Assembly (NCBI GenBank): GCA_947258985.1
Contig: CAMYKI010000003.1
Location: forward strand, 24,222 to 88,221
Origin: an uncultured Acidimicrobiaceae bacterium
GTDB taxonomy: Bacteria; Actinomycetota; Acidimicrobiia; Spongiisociales; UBA5794
DNA: 64,000 nucleotides
Direction: 5' to 3'
Position numbers and translations under genes: made by a program. This document shows positions 1 through 9,725 of this stretch, piece after piece; within the stretch, counting starts at the first letter, position 1; every line of letters starts with the position of its first letter. Below the pieces are notes generated by a model that worked only from the letters and a program-made list of their open reading frames with translations, had not been told where the DNA came from and did no database searches.

Positions 1-483
1 CGAATCAGGCACGTCTTGCTCGATCCTGGTGGTTCGGTCGCACCCTGGAGCGAAGCTCTCCTCTTCGCGGCCGCTCGCGCCCAGCTGGCGCATGAACTTG
101 TCGGCCCGGCACTGCGCCGCGGTCGGTGGGTTGTGAGCGATAGGTCGGTCTACTCGTCGCTGGCGTACCAGGGTGGTGGTCGCGGGCTCGGCATGGCTGA
201 AGTGAAGTCTGTCAATGCACCCGGTCTTCGTGAGGTGTGGCCCGAGATGGTGATTCTGCTGCGTTTGGACGCAGCCACGGGTCTGGCCCGCCAGGAGGAC
301 CCGGACCGCATCGGGATCGAAGGTGTGGAGTTCCAGACGAAGGTCGGGCAGGCTTTCGACGAGCTCGCCGATCAGGATCCGGCCCGGTTCGTGGTGGTTG
401 ACGCAGCCGGCGACCTGGAGAGTGTGTGGAAGTCGGTTGTGGCACATGTGGAGGGGCGATGGCCGGTCTCTTCGACGACGTAA
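1..483 (+). CDS. tmk: thymidylate kinase, 5' end outside the window (C-terminal part)
   Basis: Translation contains DRSVYSSLAYQGGGRGL, which matches the conserved DRYxxSSxAYQG region and lid of dTMP kinases. The ORF runs off the left edge. It is followed by holB, as in many bacteria. Confidence 0.75.
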   Translation, partial: RIRHVLLDPGGSVAPWSEALLFAAARAQLAHELVGPALRRGRWVVSDRSVYSSLAYQGGGRGLGMAEVKSVNAPGLREVWPEMVILLRLDAATGLARQEDPDRIGIEGVEFQTKVGQAFDELADQDPARFVVVDAAGDLESVWKSVVAHVEGRWPVSSTT

Positions 484-1520
484 TCGGACATAAGGCTGTT
501 GTCGGAGTACTCGGCCGCGACGTTGCGGAGCCGGCGCACGCCTATCTCCTGGTCGGCCCCCACGGGGTCGGCAAAGCAACAGTCGCCCGCCGTTTCGCCG
601 CCGGCATCATCTGTGGTGAGGACGAGCAATGCCGGAGCCGGGTGTTGCGTGGGCTCCACCCCGATGTGGTGCTCGTCGAGCCGGACGGTCGTTCGGCCAT
701 CACCGTCGAACAGGCACGCAATGCCGTAGCACTGGCCAACCTGGCGCCCGTCGAAGGGGAACGCAAGATCTTCATCCTCGAGGAGGGCGGCGCCATGAAC
801 GACGAGGCGGCCAATGCTCTGCTCAAGACACTCGAAGAGCCGACCGCCTCGACGATCTTTCTAGTCATTGCCGAATCCGAGGACGACCTTCCAGAAACGG
901 TGGCAAGTCGGTGCCGTACGGTGGTGTTCGGTCGGGTTCCCGAGACCGACGTCGCCGCCGGGTTGGTGGAATTCGGTGTCGACGAAGAGAGGGCCGAACA
1001 AGCAGCACGTATTTCCGGGGGCCGACCCGGGCTGGCGATCTCGCTTGCCACCAGGGCAGACGTTGCCGCGTTTCGCAATGTCTGGATGAGCGTGCCGCTT
1101 CGGCTATCGGAGCATCCCGGGGAGGGGTTCCGGCTCACCGACGAGGTCATGGCGGCCGCCGATCCGCTTCTGGTCGCCCTCAAGGAACGCCAGCAAGAGG
1201 AAGCGGCAACACTCGAAGCCGAGGGGGGTCTGAGCAAGGCTGCTGAGCAGCGCCAGGTTCGTGAGCTGAAACGCGCCACGATCGCTCTCCACGTATCAGG
1301 GCTGGAGATCCTGGCCGGCTTCTACCGTGATGTGGCGGCCGCACAACTTGGGGGGGCGGTCCGCAACCCCGACATCCCCATGCCGGCACTCACGAGCGTG
1401 CCGCCCCGCCGAGCGGTACATGACGCAGATCGAGTGATGCAGGCGATCGAGGCCATCGAGGCCAATCAGCGGCCTCAACTCGCGCTGGCCGCACTGTTCG
1501 CAGACATCGGCGGTTCCTGA
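459..1520 (+). CDS. holB: DNA polymerase III subunit delta-prime
   Basis: AYLLVGPHGVGKATVARRFAAGIIC is the Walker-A-like motif of clamp-loader delta-prime, and the gene follows tmk. An ATG at 459 is preceded by GGAGGGG. The ORF track starts at an upstream GTG at 426. Confidence 0.8.
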   Translation: MAGLFDDVIGHKAVVGVLGRDVAEPAHAYLLVGPHGVGKATVARRFAAGIICGEDEQCRSRVLRGLHPDVVLVEPDGRSAITVEQARNAVALANLAPVEGERKIFILEEGGAMNDEAANALLKTLEEPTASTIFLVIAESEDDLPETVASRCRTVVFGRVPETDVAAGLVEFGVDEERAEQAARISGGRPGLAISLATRADVAAFRNVWMSVPLRLSEHPGEGFRLTDEVMAAADPLLVALKERQQEEAATLEAEGGLSKAAEQRQVRELKRATIALHVSGLEILAGFYRDVAAAQLGGAVRNPDIPMPALTSVPPRRAVHDADRVMQAIEAIEANQRPQLALAALFADIGGS

Positions 1521-1521
1521 C

Positions 1522-2178
1522 GTGGTGCGCGATCGACCGGCAGCAAGCGCCGCGCCGCTCGTCCGGGTGCTGCGACGCCCGCTGACATGGCTGAGTCGCA
1601 TCATCCTCGACGGCGAGATCCACGGTCAGGAGCATCTTCCGACATCGGGGCCCTATATCGTCACCGCCAACCATCTTTCTCTGGTCGATCCGTTCGTTGT
1701 AACCCTTGCGATCAAGCAGCTTGTCCAGTTCCTTGCGGTGGACGAGCTCTTCAACGAGTCGAGGTTCCGGGATTCGTTCATGTACTACTTCGGGGCGATA
1801 CCGATATCGCGTCGCCGGCCTCCGCTGGGTGCAATCAAGCGGGCGCTCGAGATCCTCGAATCGGGAGAGATACTGGGGGTCTTTCCTGAGGGAGCCCGGG
1901 TCGAATACTGGGGGGAGCGGCCCATCAAACGCGGCGCCGCCTGGCTGTCTCTTGCCACCAATTCCCCCTTGGTGCCGTGCTCGGTGATCGGAACCGAGGC
2001 GACGCTCAGTCCGCTCAACCCCGGTATCAAGATCCCGTCGATCCGCCTGTCGCTTCATCCACCTCTCCTGCCTGCGTCGTACACGGATAGAGAAGATCCT
2101 CTGGGAGCGATGATGAATGACTGGACGGCCGTTGTGGACGACAGCATCGGCCATTGGCAGCCCGGGTCGGCATCGTGA
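1522..2178 (+). CDS. lysophospholipid (1-acyl-sn-glycerol-3-phosphate) acyltransferase, PlsC family
   Basis: HxxxxD acyltransferase motif (ANHLSLVDP) and the FPEGAR motif typical of the PlsC/LPLAT family. GTG start at 1522, immediately after the holB stop. Confidence 0.7.
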   Translation: MVRDRPAASAAPLVRVLRRPLTWLSRIILDGEIHGQEHLPTSGPYIVTANHLSLVDPFVVTLAIKQLVQFLAVDELFNESRFRDSFMYYFGAIPISRRRPPLGAIKRALEILESGEILGVFPEGARVEYWGERPIKRGAAWLSLATNSPLVPCSVIGTEATLSPLNPGIKIPSIRLSLHPPLLPASYTDREDPLGAMMNDWTAVVDDSIGHWQPGSAS

Positions 2179-3089
2179 GGGTGCTGGTAACCGGATCGAC
2201 CGGCCTGATCGGGTCGGCGCTCTGCGATGCTCTACGTTCACGGTCGGACGAGGTGATTCGTCTCGTCAGACGTCAGCCACTTGCAGCGGACGAGCTGTTT
2301 TGGGACCCGTCAGCCGGTGAACTTGATCAGCAAGCGGTGGAAGGTTTTGACGCCGTTGTTCATCTTGCCGGCGCCGGCGTTGGGGACAAGCGGTGGTCGC
2401 AAGGACGGCGAAAGGTGATCATGAATTCTCGGGTCGAGCCGACCCGGTTGCTCGCCGACCGTCTCGCCAATGCCGTTGACAAGCCTGAGGTGTTCCTTTC
2501 CGCTTCGGCTATCGGCTACTACGGAGACCGGACGGAACCCGTCGACGAGTCGTCGTTGCCGGCCGAACCTCCCGACTTCCTGTCCAGTGTTGTCACGGCA
2601 TGGGAAGGAGAAACCGCCGCAGCCGAGGCTTCCGGTATCCGCGTCGCCCACATGCGCACCGGGATCGTGCTCACCGACAAGGGTGGTGCGCTCGGCAAGT
2701 TGCTTCTCCCGTTCCGGGCCGGGTTCGGCGGCAAGCTGGGTAGCGGCGACACCTGGTGGAGCTGGATCAGCCTCGAGGACGAGATTCGGGCCATTCTGTT
2801 CCTGATCGACAACCCGATTCAAGGTGCCGTCAACCTGACTTCACCCAACCCGGTCACCAATGCCGAGATGACCAAGACCCTCGGTGAAGTGCTCCGGCGA
2901 CCGACGTTCGTTCCCGTACCCCGCATCGCTCTGGAAGCTCTGCTCGGCAAGGACCTTGCCGCCGCGTTGTTGTTCACATCTGCGCAGGTAATGCCCGCAA
3001 AACTCGAGGAAGCCGGCTTTCGATTCACCCACACCGAGATCGAATCGGCTCTCCGTTCCATCCTCCAAACCGATCGCACCGGCAAGTGA
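2175..3089 (+). CDS. NAD-dependent epimerase/dehydratase family protein (TIGR01777/YfcH-like SDR with C-terminal DUF1731)
   Basis: N-terminus VRVLVTGSTGLIGSAL is a Rossmann GxxGxxG. Length and C-terminal region are typical of YfcH-like proteins. The GTG at 2175 overlaps the upstream stop (GTGA). Confidence 0.6.
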   Translation: MRVLVTGSTGLIGSALCDALRSRSDEVIRLVRRQPLAADELFWDPSAGELDQQAVEGFDAVVHLAGAGVGDKRWSQGRRKVIMNSRVEPTRLLADRLANAVDKPEVFLSASAIGYYGDRTEPVDESSLPAEPPDFLSSVVTAWEGETAAAEASGIRVAHMRTGIVLTDKGGALGKLLLPFRAGFGGKLGSGDTWWSWISLEDEIRAILFLIDNPIQGAVNLTSPNPVTNAEMTKTLGEVLRRPTFVPVPRIALEALLGKDLAAALLFTSAQVMPAKLEEAGFRFTHTEIESALRSILQTDRTGK

Positions 3090-3137
3090 ACCCGAGAATG
3101 CGAATCCGGGTTGCTGCGCTACCATTGCGGACCCTTC

Positions 3138-3213
3138 GCCGGGGTAGCTCAGTCGGTAGAGCGACGCACTCGTAATGCGTAGGTCACGGGTTCGATTCCC
3201 GTCTCCGGCTCCA
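3138..3213 (+). tRNA. tRNA-Thr (anticodon CGT)
   Basis: Cloverleaf read by eye. Acceptor GCCGGGG pairs with CTCCGGC with one G-U. D arm GCTC...GAGC. Anticodon stem ACGCA/TGCGT with loop CTCGTAA, giving anticodon CGT. T arm ACGGG-TTCGATT-CCCGT. Discriminator T, then CCA. Confidence 0.85.
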
Positions 3214-3253
3214 CACCCATCAAGACCAAACGCGGACATCCCGAGGAGCGCCG

Positions 3254-3817
3254 ATGGCTGACCAGGCTCACTTCGAACGTGACGCAATGGAATATGCACC
3301 GCAGCTGTATTCCGCGGCGTTGCGGATGACGCGCAACCCCGCTGATGCTGAGGATGTTGTCCAGGAGACATACCTCAAGGCCTACCGGGCATATGCCACG
3401 TTCAAGGAAGGCACCAACCTCAAGGCGTGGCTGTACCGCATACTCACCAATACCTACATCAACCGCTACCGCAAGCAACAACGCCGGCCGTCCGAAGTGG
3501 AACTCGGCGAGTTGCAGGATCTCTATCTCTTCAAGAGATTGGGGGAGGCGTCAGGGGCCGAGCGCAGCACCGAGGAGTCGGTGCTGGAATCGATGGTTGA
3601 TGAAGACATCAAGGCTGCCCTGGAATCACTACCGGAGCGCTTCCGCATGCCGGTGTTGCTGGCAGATGTCGAAGGTTTTTCCTACAAGGAGATCGCTGAG
3701 ATAGTCGACGTTCCCATTGGCACCGTCATGTCCCGGCTGCATCGGGGAAGAAAAGCGCTCCAAAAGAAGTTGTGGTCTTTGGCTGAACAACGCGGACTCA
3801 CGGGACCCACTCAATGA
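3254..3817 (+). CDS. ECF RNA polymerase sigma factor (SigE/SigH/SigR-like)
   Basis: Sigma-70 region 2 ([14 protein letters not shown]...[15 protein letters not shown]) and region 4 ([44 protein letters not shown]). The stop overlaps the next start (ATGA). Confidence 0.8.
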   Translation: MADQAHFERDAMEYAPQLYSAALRMTRNPADAEDVVQETYLKAYRAYATFKEGTNLKAWLYRILTNTYINRYRKQQRRPSEVELGELQDLYLFKRLGEASGAERSTEESVLESMVDEDIKAALESLPERFRMPVLLADVEGFSYKEIAEIVDVPIGTVMSRLHRGRKALQKKLWSLAEQRGLTGPTQ

Positions 3818-4062
3818 ACGCAGGATGCGATCACGCAGTTGACTATCTGTACCAGTACATCGATGAAGAGTTGACCTGGGCGCGTCGAGTCAGGATTCGG
3901 TGGCATCTGCGAAGATGCGGAAAGTGCCTCGATGCATTCGATTTCGAGACCGAGCTCAAAACCCGGATCAGGGATTGCGGTGGGGATGAGCCACCTCAGG
4001 AACTTTTTGACCGACTCCGTGCGTTGATAGAGAAGGAGGCAGCGGAAGGTCAGGATATCTGA
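3814..4062 (+). CDS. anti-sigma factor, ZAS (zinc-binding anti-sigma) family, RsrA/RshA-like
   Basis: 82 aa with C-x23-HLRRCGKC, i.e. the H-x3-C-x2-C ZAS signature. Translationally coupled to the ECF sigma gene. Confidence 0.75.
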   Translation: MNAGCDHAVDYLYQYIDEELTWARRVRIRWHLRRCGKCLDAFDFETELKTRIRDCGGDEPPQELFDRLRALIEKEAAEGQDI

Positions 4063-4115
4063 CTGGCTGCACGGTCGGCCGCGGAAAGGCCGGCTTCACA
4101 AAGGAAACGCACAAA

Positions 4116-4310
4116 ATGGCTGATAGCACACTCAAAGGCAAGAGGATCTTGGGCACGGCGCGTCCGCCCAAGGCAACCAACGAGCAACGGACATGCGCCA
4201 AGGCAGAATGCGAGACGCTTCTGTCCAGATACAACAAGCGTGAGTTCTGTTACGCCCACGCCCCCACGAAGTTCCCCCGCCTGCGCGGCAGGATCATCCC
4301 CGAGACATAA
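4116..4310 (+). CDS. hypothetical small protein with a putative Cys3His zinc-ribbon
   Basis: 64-aa ORF with CAKAEC...FCYAH. AGGAAA lies 8 nt upstream of the ATG. No family recognised. Confidence 0.35.
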   Translation: MADSTLKGKRILGTARPPKATNEQRTCAKAECETLLSRYNKREFCYAHAPTKFPRLRGRIIPET

Positions 4311-4366
4311 CGAACCCAGAGCGCGGTATTTCAACTGCCCAGGCCGACTGACTATCGTCCCGCTGG

Positions 4367-4657
4367 ATGAAGCCATCGATCGCACAAACCGTTCGCGCCC
4401 TGGCCGTTCTACTGCTTTTTGTCCCGGCTCCGCTCGGCGCGCTGGCCACCACACCGGCATCTGCGGATTCCCCGGCAACGACGCTGCTTGCCCAACCGGC
4501 CGTCGAGGTACCGGAAGAGGTAGAAGAGGAAGAAGAACAGCCGTGGACAATGCGATTCCTGGCGCCGGCGACCATCGCTATTGCGGTGATCACGGTCGGT
4601 GCCGCCCTGGCCTATTACGTGGTTCGGATCCGCGGTCGCTACCGCGTCGTCGAGTAA
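4367..4657 (+). CDS. hypothetical exported/membrane-anchored small protein
   Basis: N-terminal signal-like hydrophobic segment, an acidic EEVEEEEEQ stretch, and a C-terminal TM helix followed by an Arg-rich tail (RIRGRYRVVE). Confidence 0.35.
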   Translation: MKPSIAQTVRALAVLLLFVPAPLGALATTPASADSPATTLLAQPAVEVPEEVEEEEEQPWTMRFLAPATIAIAVITVGAALAYYVVRIRGRYRVVE

Positions 4658-4709
4658 CCGGTTCACCCCGGCGACATGGTCGGAGCGAAGACCTAGTACT
4701 TTGCGGTAG

Positions 4710-5741
4710 ATGACGACCGCCAACTGGGACTCCGCCGTCTCCATCGCTCGCCGCCTTGCGGGCAAATACCCGCTGGAAGGTACCTATCACGAAGCGCGTT
4801 TAGCGCGCCAGGTGCCGCTTCTCGTGGAGCGTGCCACGGCTCTCGTCTCCGCAGAAACCGGTCTCGAGGCGCCGGGCGAACCGGACGTTGCCGTGGTCGG
4901 CCGTGCCGAGTGGGTCGCCAACAACATCGCATCATTCTCCGAGTTGATGGCGCCGCTGGAGGATCGGCTCGGCGAGCAGAAAGCGATCGGGCGCGGAGTT
5001 GCCGGGAGGATCATGTCCGCCGAGCTCGGCGCAGTGCTGGGCTTCTTGTCGCGGCGGGTGCTCGGCCAGTACGAACTGGTCCTGCCGACAAGTGACGGAA
5101 GCGACGGCGATACCGTGATGTTCGTTGGGGCCAACATCCTGTCGATGGAGCGCCGTTTTGAATTCCGGCCCGCGGAGTTCCGGTTCTGGGTGGCGTTGCA
5201 TGAATCGACACACCGCATTCAGTTCCAGGGTGTGCCCTGGCTCCGCTCCTACTTTCTGGGCCTGGTCGAGGAACTCGTTCAGGCGACCCGTCCCGAACCC
5301 GGCAGGCTTTCCCGGCTTAGCGAAGAGATGCGGACTGCCTCGGCCGAGGGCCGTCCCATCCTCGATGAAAAGGGCCTATTCGGCCTGTTGGCAACCCCCG
5401 ATCAACGCGAGGTAATCGAGAAGGTGCAGGCTCTCATGTCTCTTCTCGAAGGGCACGGGCATGTGGTGATGGACCGCATCGGGGAGCGGGAGCTGGTCAG
5501 CCAGGCCCGCATGTCACGCATCCTGGCGTCGCGCCGCAACGACCCCCGTACCGCGATGTTCATGCGACTTGTCGGCCTCGAGATGAAGATGCGCCAATAC
5601 GAGCTCGGGGCCAAGTTCATCGAAGGCGTCGAAGAACGCGCCGGCTGGTCTGCGCTGGATGCAGCCTGGCTGCGACCATCCAACCTCCCAACTCTGGCCG
5701 AAATCGAGGATCCCGTCTCATGGCTGTATCGGGTGGGCTGA
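4710..5741 (+). CDS. zinc-dependent metalloprotease, DUF2342/zincin-like hydrolase
   Basis: HExxH motif (VALHESTHRIQF). Size and position upstream of tilS match the conserved actinobacterial DUF2342 protein. Confidence 0.65.
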   Translation: MTTANWDSAVSIARRLAGKYPLEGTYHEARLARQVPLLVERATALVSAETGLEAPGEPDVAVVGRAEWVANNIASFSELMAPLEDRLGEQKAIGRGVAGRIMSAELGAVLGFLSRRVLGQYELVLPTSDGSDGDTVMFVGANILSMERRFEFRPAEFRFWVALHESTHRIQFQGVPWLRSYFLGLVEELVQATRPEPGRLSRLSEEMRTASAEGRPILDEKGLFGLLATPDQREVIEKVQALMSLLEGHGHVVMDRIGERELVSQARMSRILASRRNDPRTAMFMRLVGLEMKMRQYELGAKFIEGVEERAGWSALDAAWLRPSNLPTLAEIEDPVSWLYRVG

Positions 5742-7033
5742 CGGCCCTGGCAGACTCGGTCCTCGACGGGATCGGTGCCATCGAGCACGGCCCTCTCATT
5801 GTTGCCCTCAGCGGCGGTGCAGATTCAGCGGTCGTAGCGTGGGCATGTTCCCAAACCCGCCCCTCCGGGTCTGTCCGTGCGGTCTACGTTGACCACGGCT
5901 GGGAAGCCTCGGGCCTGCTGGAGAATGCGGCTCGAGCTATCGCCGATCATCTCGGCCTCGAGCTCGAAGTGGTCAGGATCGACATTGCCACAGGGCCGTC
6001 ACGAGAAGGCATGGCCCGTGACGCTCGCCTCGAAGCTCTCGCAGATGCGGCAGGCGACGCCTGGGTGGTGACCGGCCATCACGCCGACGATGCTGCCGAG
6101 ACGGTGCTGGTCAACATTTTGCGTGGTGCCGGCGTCACCGGGCTCGCCGGTATTCCCGCCGCGCGCGAGCCGTTCCTGCGGCCGCTTCTGCCCTACCGCC
6201 GCACAGAGTTGCGCGCCCTGGCCGAACACCTCGAACTGCCGTTCATCGATGACCCGTCTAACCAGGACCTGACGCTGCTCCGCAATCGTATCCGCCACGA
6301 GTTGCTGCCCGAGCTGAGCAGGCGTTTCGATCGAGATGTCGGCCCGGTCATGGTGCGGACCGCATCGAACCTGGCCGCCGTTGACGCGCTACTGGAAGAA
6401 ATCACGCCTCTGGTGCGAATCGTTGCGGACGACGGGGCCATCCTGGTGGCGACCGCGCCGTTGACCACGGCACCCCGGGCGTTGGCCGGCCGCCTGGCTC
6501 GGATCGTCCTGCGGCGGGCCAATCCGCCATACGCCGGAACGAATCGTGAAGTCGAAGCAGTACTCGGCGTCGCCGCCGGCGAAATGCCGCGCGCAGATCT
6601 GAGCGCCGGCTTCATTGTTGAGCGGGAAGGCCCCTTTGTGGCGATCTATCAGACAGGCGAGCGTCCGGCGCCGGAGCCGGTCGCCCTCGAGATACCCGGC
6701 GCCTCCAGATTCGGGGCGCATCTGATTGCGGCCAAGCCGGCTTCGGGAGGGAACAAGGGTCACATGTCTCACGATCGGGTGCGGATTGCCGTCCCCGGGG
6801 ACCTTGTCGTTCGGTCGGCGCAACCGGGGGATCGGATCGCGCTAACGAGCGGCACAAAGAAGCTCTCCGACGCGATGCAAGAAGCCGGAATCCCGCTACG
6901 GAAGCGTCTCGCTTGGCCCGTCGTCACGAGCCGTGCGAGAATCGCCTGGGTGGCCGGTGTTCGGGTGGCCTCGTGGGCCAGGGATGACGGACCTGAGAAC
7001 ATGTGGGTTGAGCTCGAAAGGCGAACGGTGTGA
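5720..7033 (+). CDS. tilS: tRNA(Ile)-lysidine synthetase
   Basis: PP-loop SGGADS motif near the N-terminus. Conserved tilS-hpt-ftsH order. Confidence 0.8.
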   Translation: MAVSGGLTALADSVLDGIGAIEHGPLIVALSGGADSAVVAWACSQTRPSGSVRAVYVDHGWEASGLLENAARAIADHLGLELEVVRIDIATGPSREGMARDARLEALADAAGDAWVVTGHHADDAAETVLVNILRGAGVTGLAGIPAAREPFLRPLLPYRRTELRALAEHLELPFIDDPSNQDLTLLRNRIRHELLPELSRRFDRDVGPVMVRTASNLAAVDALLEEITPLVRIVADDGAILVATAPLTTAPRALAGRLARIVLRRANPPYAGTNREVEAVLGVAAGEMPRADLSAGFIVEREGPFVAIYQTGERPAPEPVALEIPGASRFGAHLIAAKPASGGNKGHMSHDRVRIAVPGDLVVRSAQPGDRIALTSGTKKLSDAMQEAGIPLRKRLAWPVVTSRARIAWVAGVRVASWARDDGPENMWVELERRTV

Positions 7034-7599
7034 AGGTAGCAAAAGTCCTCATCTCGGCGGAGGAGATAGACGCGAAGCTTGCGGAGATGGGAGCTGCCAT
7101 TACGCGAGATTACGAAGGCAAGGACCTTCTGATGATCGGCATCCTCAAAGGAGCGTTCGTGGTCCTCGCCGATCTCGCTCGCCATGTCCGGCTGCCGGTG
7201 GAGACGGACTTCATGGCGGTGTCGTCATATCACGGTGGTACTCACAGTTCCGGCGTGGTGCGCATCCTCAAGGACCTCGATCAGGAGATCGAGGGACGGA
7301 ACGTGCTCATCGTCGAAGACATCATCGACACCGGCCATACGCTCAAGTACCTGCTGCGCACGCTTGCGGTGCGCAAGCCCGCCACGTTGTCGCTTGCGTC
7401 GCTTCTCATCAAGGATGATGTCGACCGTCCCCATTTCGATATTCAATACGAGGGCTTCCATATTCCGAACGAGTTCGTGATCGGCTATGGGCTCGACTAC
7501 GACGAGAAATATCGGAACCTGCCGTATATCGGGGTGATGGACACGGACTCAACGACTTCGCCTACCGACGTGCAGGAAGGTTTCAAGCTGGCGGACTGA
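7030..7599 (+). CDS. hpt: hypoxanthine phosphoribosyltransferase
   Basis: PRPP-binding motif VLIVEDIIDTGHTL. Length 189 aa. Overlapping GTGA junction with tilS. Confidence 0.85.
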   Translation: MKVAKVLISAEEIDAKLAEMGAAITRDYEGKDLLMIGILKGAFVVLADLARHVRLPVETDFMAVSSYHGGTHSSGVVRILKDLDQEIEGRNVLIVEDIIDTGHTLKYLLRTLAVRKPATLSLASLLIKDDVDRPHFDIQYEGFHIPNEFVIGYGLDYDEKYRNLPYIGVMDTDSTTSPTDVQEGFKLAD

Positions 7600-7718
7600 C
7601 CCACGCCGCAACGTGGGTTATGCCAATATTGATGGCTAACTAGCGCTGACATTCGCATATTATGGGCGGGCCTTAGGGCCCGCAGCCGCAGGCGGACGCC
7701 CTCGAATCAAGGAGAACA

Positions 7719-9659
7719 GTGAACCGAACCGCCCGAACGATCCTCGTATACATGGTCGTTGCCATCCTCGTGATGATGGCGGTGAACGTGTTTCTCCAGG
7801 GTGCCAACGAGCCCGAGGAGCTCTCGCTCAGCGAATTCCAGACGAAACTCGTCGCAGGCGAAATCGCCAGTATCGAGATGAAGACGCGCTCCGATGAGAT
7901 CCTTGGGACCTTCACAGAAGATGCTGTCGTAGCCGGCGCCAACAATGAATTCCGCACTGTCTACCCGGCCGAGTTCGAGGACGAACTGACCATCCTCATC
8001 GACGAAACGGGTCTCGAGGAGTTCGTGGTCAATGCGGAGAACCCGTCGGCTCTCCAGTGGTTCTTTGGCACGATCTTCCCGTATCTCTTGATATTCGGTG
8101 TGTTCATCTTCTTCCTGTCACAAATGCAGGGTGGCGGCAACCGGGTGATGCAATTCGGCAAGGCCAAGGCCAAGCAGGTCAGCAAGGACGCTCCCAAGGT
8201 GACATTCAAAGATGTCGCCGGGGCCGACGAGGCGGTCGAGGAGTTGGAAGAGATCAAGGACTTCCTGGCGAGTCCCGGCAAGTTTCGGGCCATCGGCGCC
8301 AAGATCCCTCGTGGAGTGCTCCTCTACGGCCCTCCCGGGACCGGCAAGACCCTGTTGGCGCGCGCCGTTGCCGGGGAGGCAGGGGTTCCATTCTTCAGCA
8401 TTTCCGGCTCCGATTTCGTCGAGATGTTCGTCGGTGTCGGAGCGTCCCGGGTCCGAGATCTGTTCGAGCAGGCCAAGCAGAGCGGTCCGGCGATCGTGTT
8501 CATCGACGAGATCGACGCGGTGGGTCGCCATCGCGGAGCCGGTCTCGGCGGAGGACACGACGAGCGAGAGCAGACGCTCAATCAGCTACTCGTCGAATTG
8601 GACGGATTTGATGTCAACACCGGGGTCATTGTGATCGCGGCAACGAACCGGCCGGACATTCTCGATCCGGCGCTGCTCCGACCTGGTCGTTTTGACCGGC
8701 AGGTAGTTGTGGACCGACCAGACTTGAAGGGAAGAGAGGCCATCCTCGAGGTCCATTCGAAGGGCAAGCCGCTCGTCGACGAGATCGATCTCGGGGCTCT
8801 CGCCAGGCAGACACCCGGCTTCACGGGCGCCGACCTGGCCAATCTGATCAACGAAGCGGCTCTTCTGTCTGCACGTCGTGACAAGAAGCTCATCTCGATG
8901 GCCGAGCTCGAAGAAGCCATCGACCGGGTCATCGCAGGTCCGGAGCGGAAGAGTCGCGTCATGTCGGAGGAGGAGCGCAAGCTGACCGCTTATCACGAAG
9001 GCGGCCACGCTCTTGTCGGGTATGCGCTGCCCAACCTCGACCCGATCCATAAGGTGACGATCATCCCCCGCGGCCGGGCCGGTGGCTACACGCTGGCGTT
9101 GCCGGTCGAGGACAAGAGTTACGCCCGCCGGAGCGAGCTCGTTGACCAGCTGGCATATGCCCTGGGCGGACGGACGGCCGAAGAACAGGTCTTTGGTGAT
9201 CCCAGCACGGGAGCCTCAAACGACATAGAGAAGGCGACCGATCTCGCCCGCCAGATGGTCATGGAGTACGGCATGAGCGACCGTCTCGGGCCGCTGCGCT
9301 ACGGCAGGCCCGAATCCCAGGTGTTCCTCGGACGCGATTACACCCGCGGACAGGAGATGTCGGATGATGTTGCATCCGCAATCGACGACGAAATCCGTAT
9401 GTTGATCAACCAGGCTCACGAAGAGGCACGTTCGATTATCACGACCCACCGTGCCGCCCTCGATCGGATCGCCGACGTACTTCTCGACAAGGAGACGGTG
9501 GACGCCGCGGATGTTGCCGAGATCTTCTCCGACGTTCCCAAGTGGGAACACACCGAAGTGGGGGCGTTGCGTATTCGACTCCCCGAGCCTTCCATGGTCG
9601 GCGAAGGTCGGGTGGCGTCTTCGTCGCCTACCGACGACCCGCAACCGCCGCGAGCTTGA
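7719..9659 (+). CDS. ftsH: ATP-dependent zinc metalloprotease FtsH
   Basis: Two N-terminal TM segments, AAA Walker A (GPPGTGKT), SRH region, HEGGH zinc motif. AAGGAGA Shine-Dalgarno upstream of the GTG start. Confidence 0.9.
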   Translation: MNRTARTILVYMVVAILVMMAVNVFLQGANEPEELSLSEFQTKLVAGEIASIEMKTRSDEILGTFTEDAVVAGANNEFRTVYPAEFEDELTILIDETGLEEFVVNAENPSALQWFFGTIFPYLLIFGVFIFFLSQMQGGGNRVMQFGKAKAKQVSKDAPKVTFKDVAGADEAVEELEEIKDFLASPGKFRAIGAKIPRGVLLYGPPGTGKTLLARAVAGEAGVPFFSISGSDFVEMFVGVGASRVRDLFEQAKQSGPAIVFIDEIDAVGRHRGAGLGGGHDEREQTLNQLLVELDGFDVNTGVIVIAATNRPDILDPALLRPGRFDRQVVVDRPDLKGREAILEVHSKGKPLVDEIDLGALARQTPGFTGADLANLINEAALLSARRDKKLISMAELEEAIDRVIAGPERKSRVMSEEERKLTAYHEGGHALVGYALPNLDPIHKVTIIPRGRAGGYTLALPVEDKSYARRSELVDQLAYALGGRTAEEQVFGDPSTGASNDIEKATDLARQMVMEYGMSDRLGPLRYGRPESQVFLGRDYTRGQEMSDDVASAIDDEIRMLINQAHEEARSIITTHRAALDRIADVLLDKETVDAADVAEIFSDVPKWEHTEVGALRIRLPEPSMVGEGRVASSSPTDDPQPPRA

Positions 9660-9725
9660 TGCGGAGGCACAATCAACTGGACGGTACGCGATCGGGTTCT
9701 TTCCACCGCTGATCACACGTTGATC

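Noticed and set aside
212-1604. Multiple long ORFs antisense to or overlapping tmk/holB (e.g. 542-1279 minus, 629-1246 plus, 1296-1604 minus)
   Set aside because: Typical high-GC artefacts. Their translations are Arg/Pro/Ser/Ala-rich with no motifs, and they overlap genes with clear motifs.
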